Shown here: positions 64,000 through 64,000 of the stretch, piece by piece
Layout of the letters: every line of letters begins with the position of its first letter
Position numbering within the stretch: the first letter of the stretch is position 1
From: a virus
Taxonomy: Duplodnaviria > Caudoviricetes
Length of the DNA stretch: 64,000 nt
IMG/VR virus record: IMGVR_UViG_3300025401_000648
Reading direction: 5' to 3' (one strand)
Notes under the pieces: model-generated
What the model saw: only the letters and a program-made list of their open reading frames with translations
Database searches by the model: none
Told to the model about the DNA's origin: nothing
Position numbers and translations under genes: made by a program

Positions 64000-64000
64000 T

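Noticed and set aside
1-64000. Stop-codon reassignment (alternative genetic code)
   Set aside because: Very long ORFs (up to 4296 aa) are intact in code 11, and no called gene is broken at TAG or TGA
1-64000. tRNA, rRNA, introns or inteins
   Set aside because: Intergenic gaps are mostly under 80 bp with no cloverleaf seen; polymerase, ThyA and ClpA have normal lengths and no intein motifs

Overview
A 64-kb, AT-rich fragment of a large T4-like (myovirus/jumbo-type) phage genome in the standard code; 58 CDS called, no tRNA, rRNA, CRISPR or transposase seen. (1) 1-12.6 kb, mostly + strand: a 5'-truncated ClpA, then a late operon of basic proteins, several with T4-style capsid-targeting N-termini. 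It includes a 1133-aa protein with three nucleotidyltransferase-type domains and a 773-aa protein with an in-frame array of 18-bp/QGVAEG repeats; a paralogous Pol-beta-type NTase lies on the - strand. (2) 12.6-33.8 kb, + strand: family-B DNA polymerase, probable sliding clamp, and a ~9-kb non-canonical 7-deazaguanine/sugar-modification cluster (TGT/DpdA-like, two PRTases, HAD, GFO and Zn dehydrogenases, QueD-like, putative Cys-less QueE paralog, glycosyltransferase, cupin, HIT, QueE), followed by RNase H, MoxR + VWA-metallopeptidase and ThyA. (3) 33.8-64 kb, - strand: tail/baseplate module (four paralogous fibre proteins, a prodomain-less S53 peptidase, a collagen-like GYTGS fibre, a 4296-aa virion protein, gp6-, gp25-, gp5-like and a partial hub protein). 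The strongest candidates for new biology are the probably clamp-coupled DNA hypermodification cluster and the virion-packaged, protease-processed cargo system. All protein assignments come from motif recognition by eye; no database searches were run.
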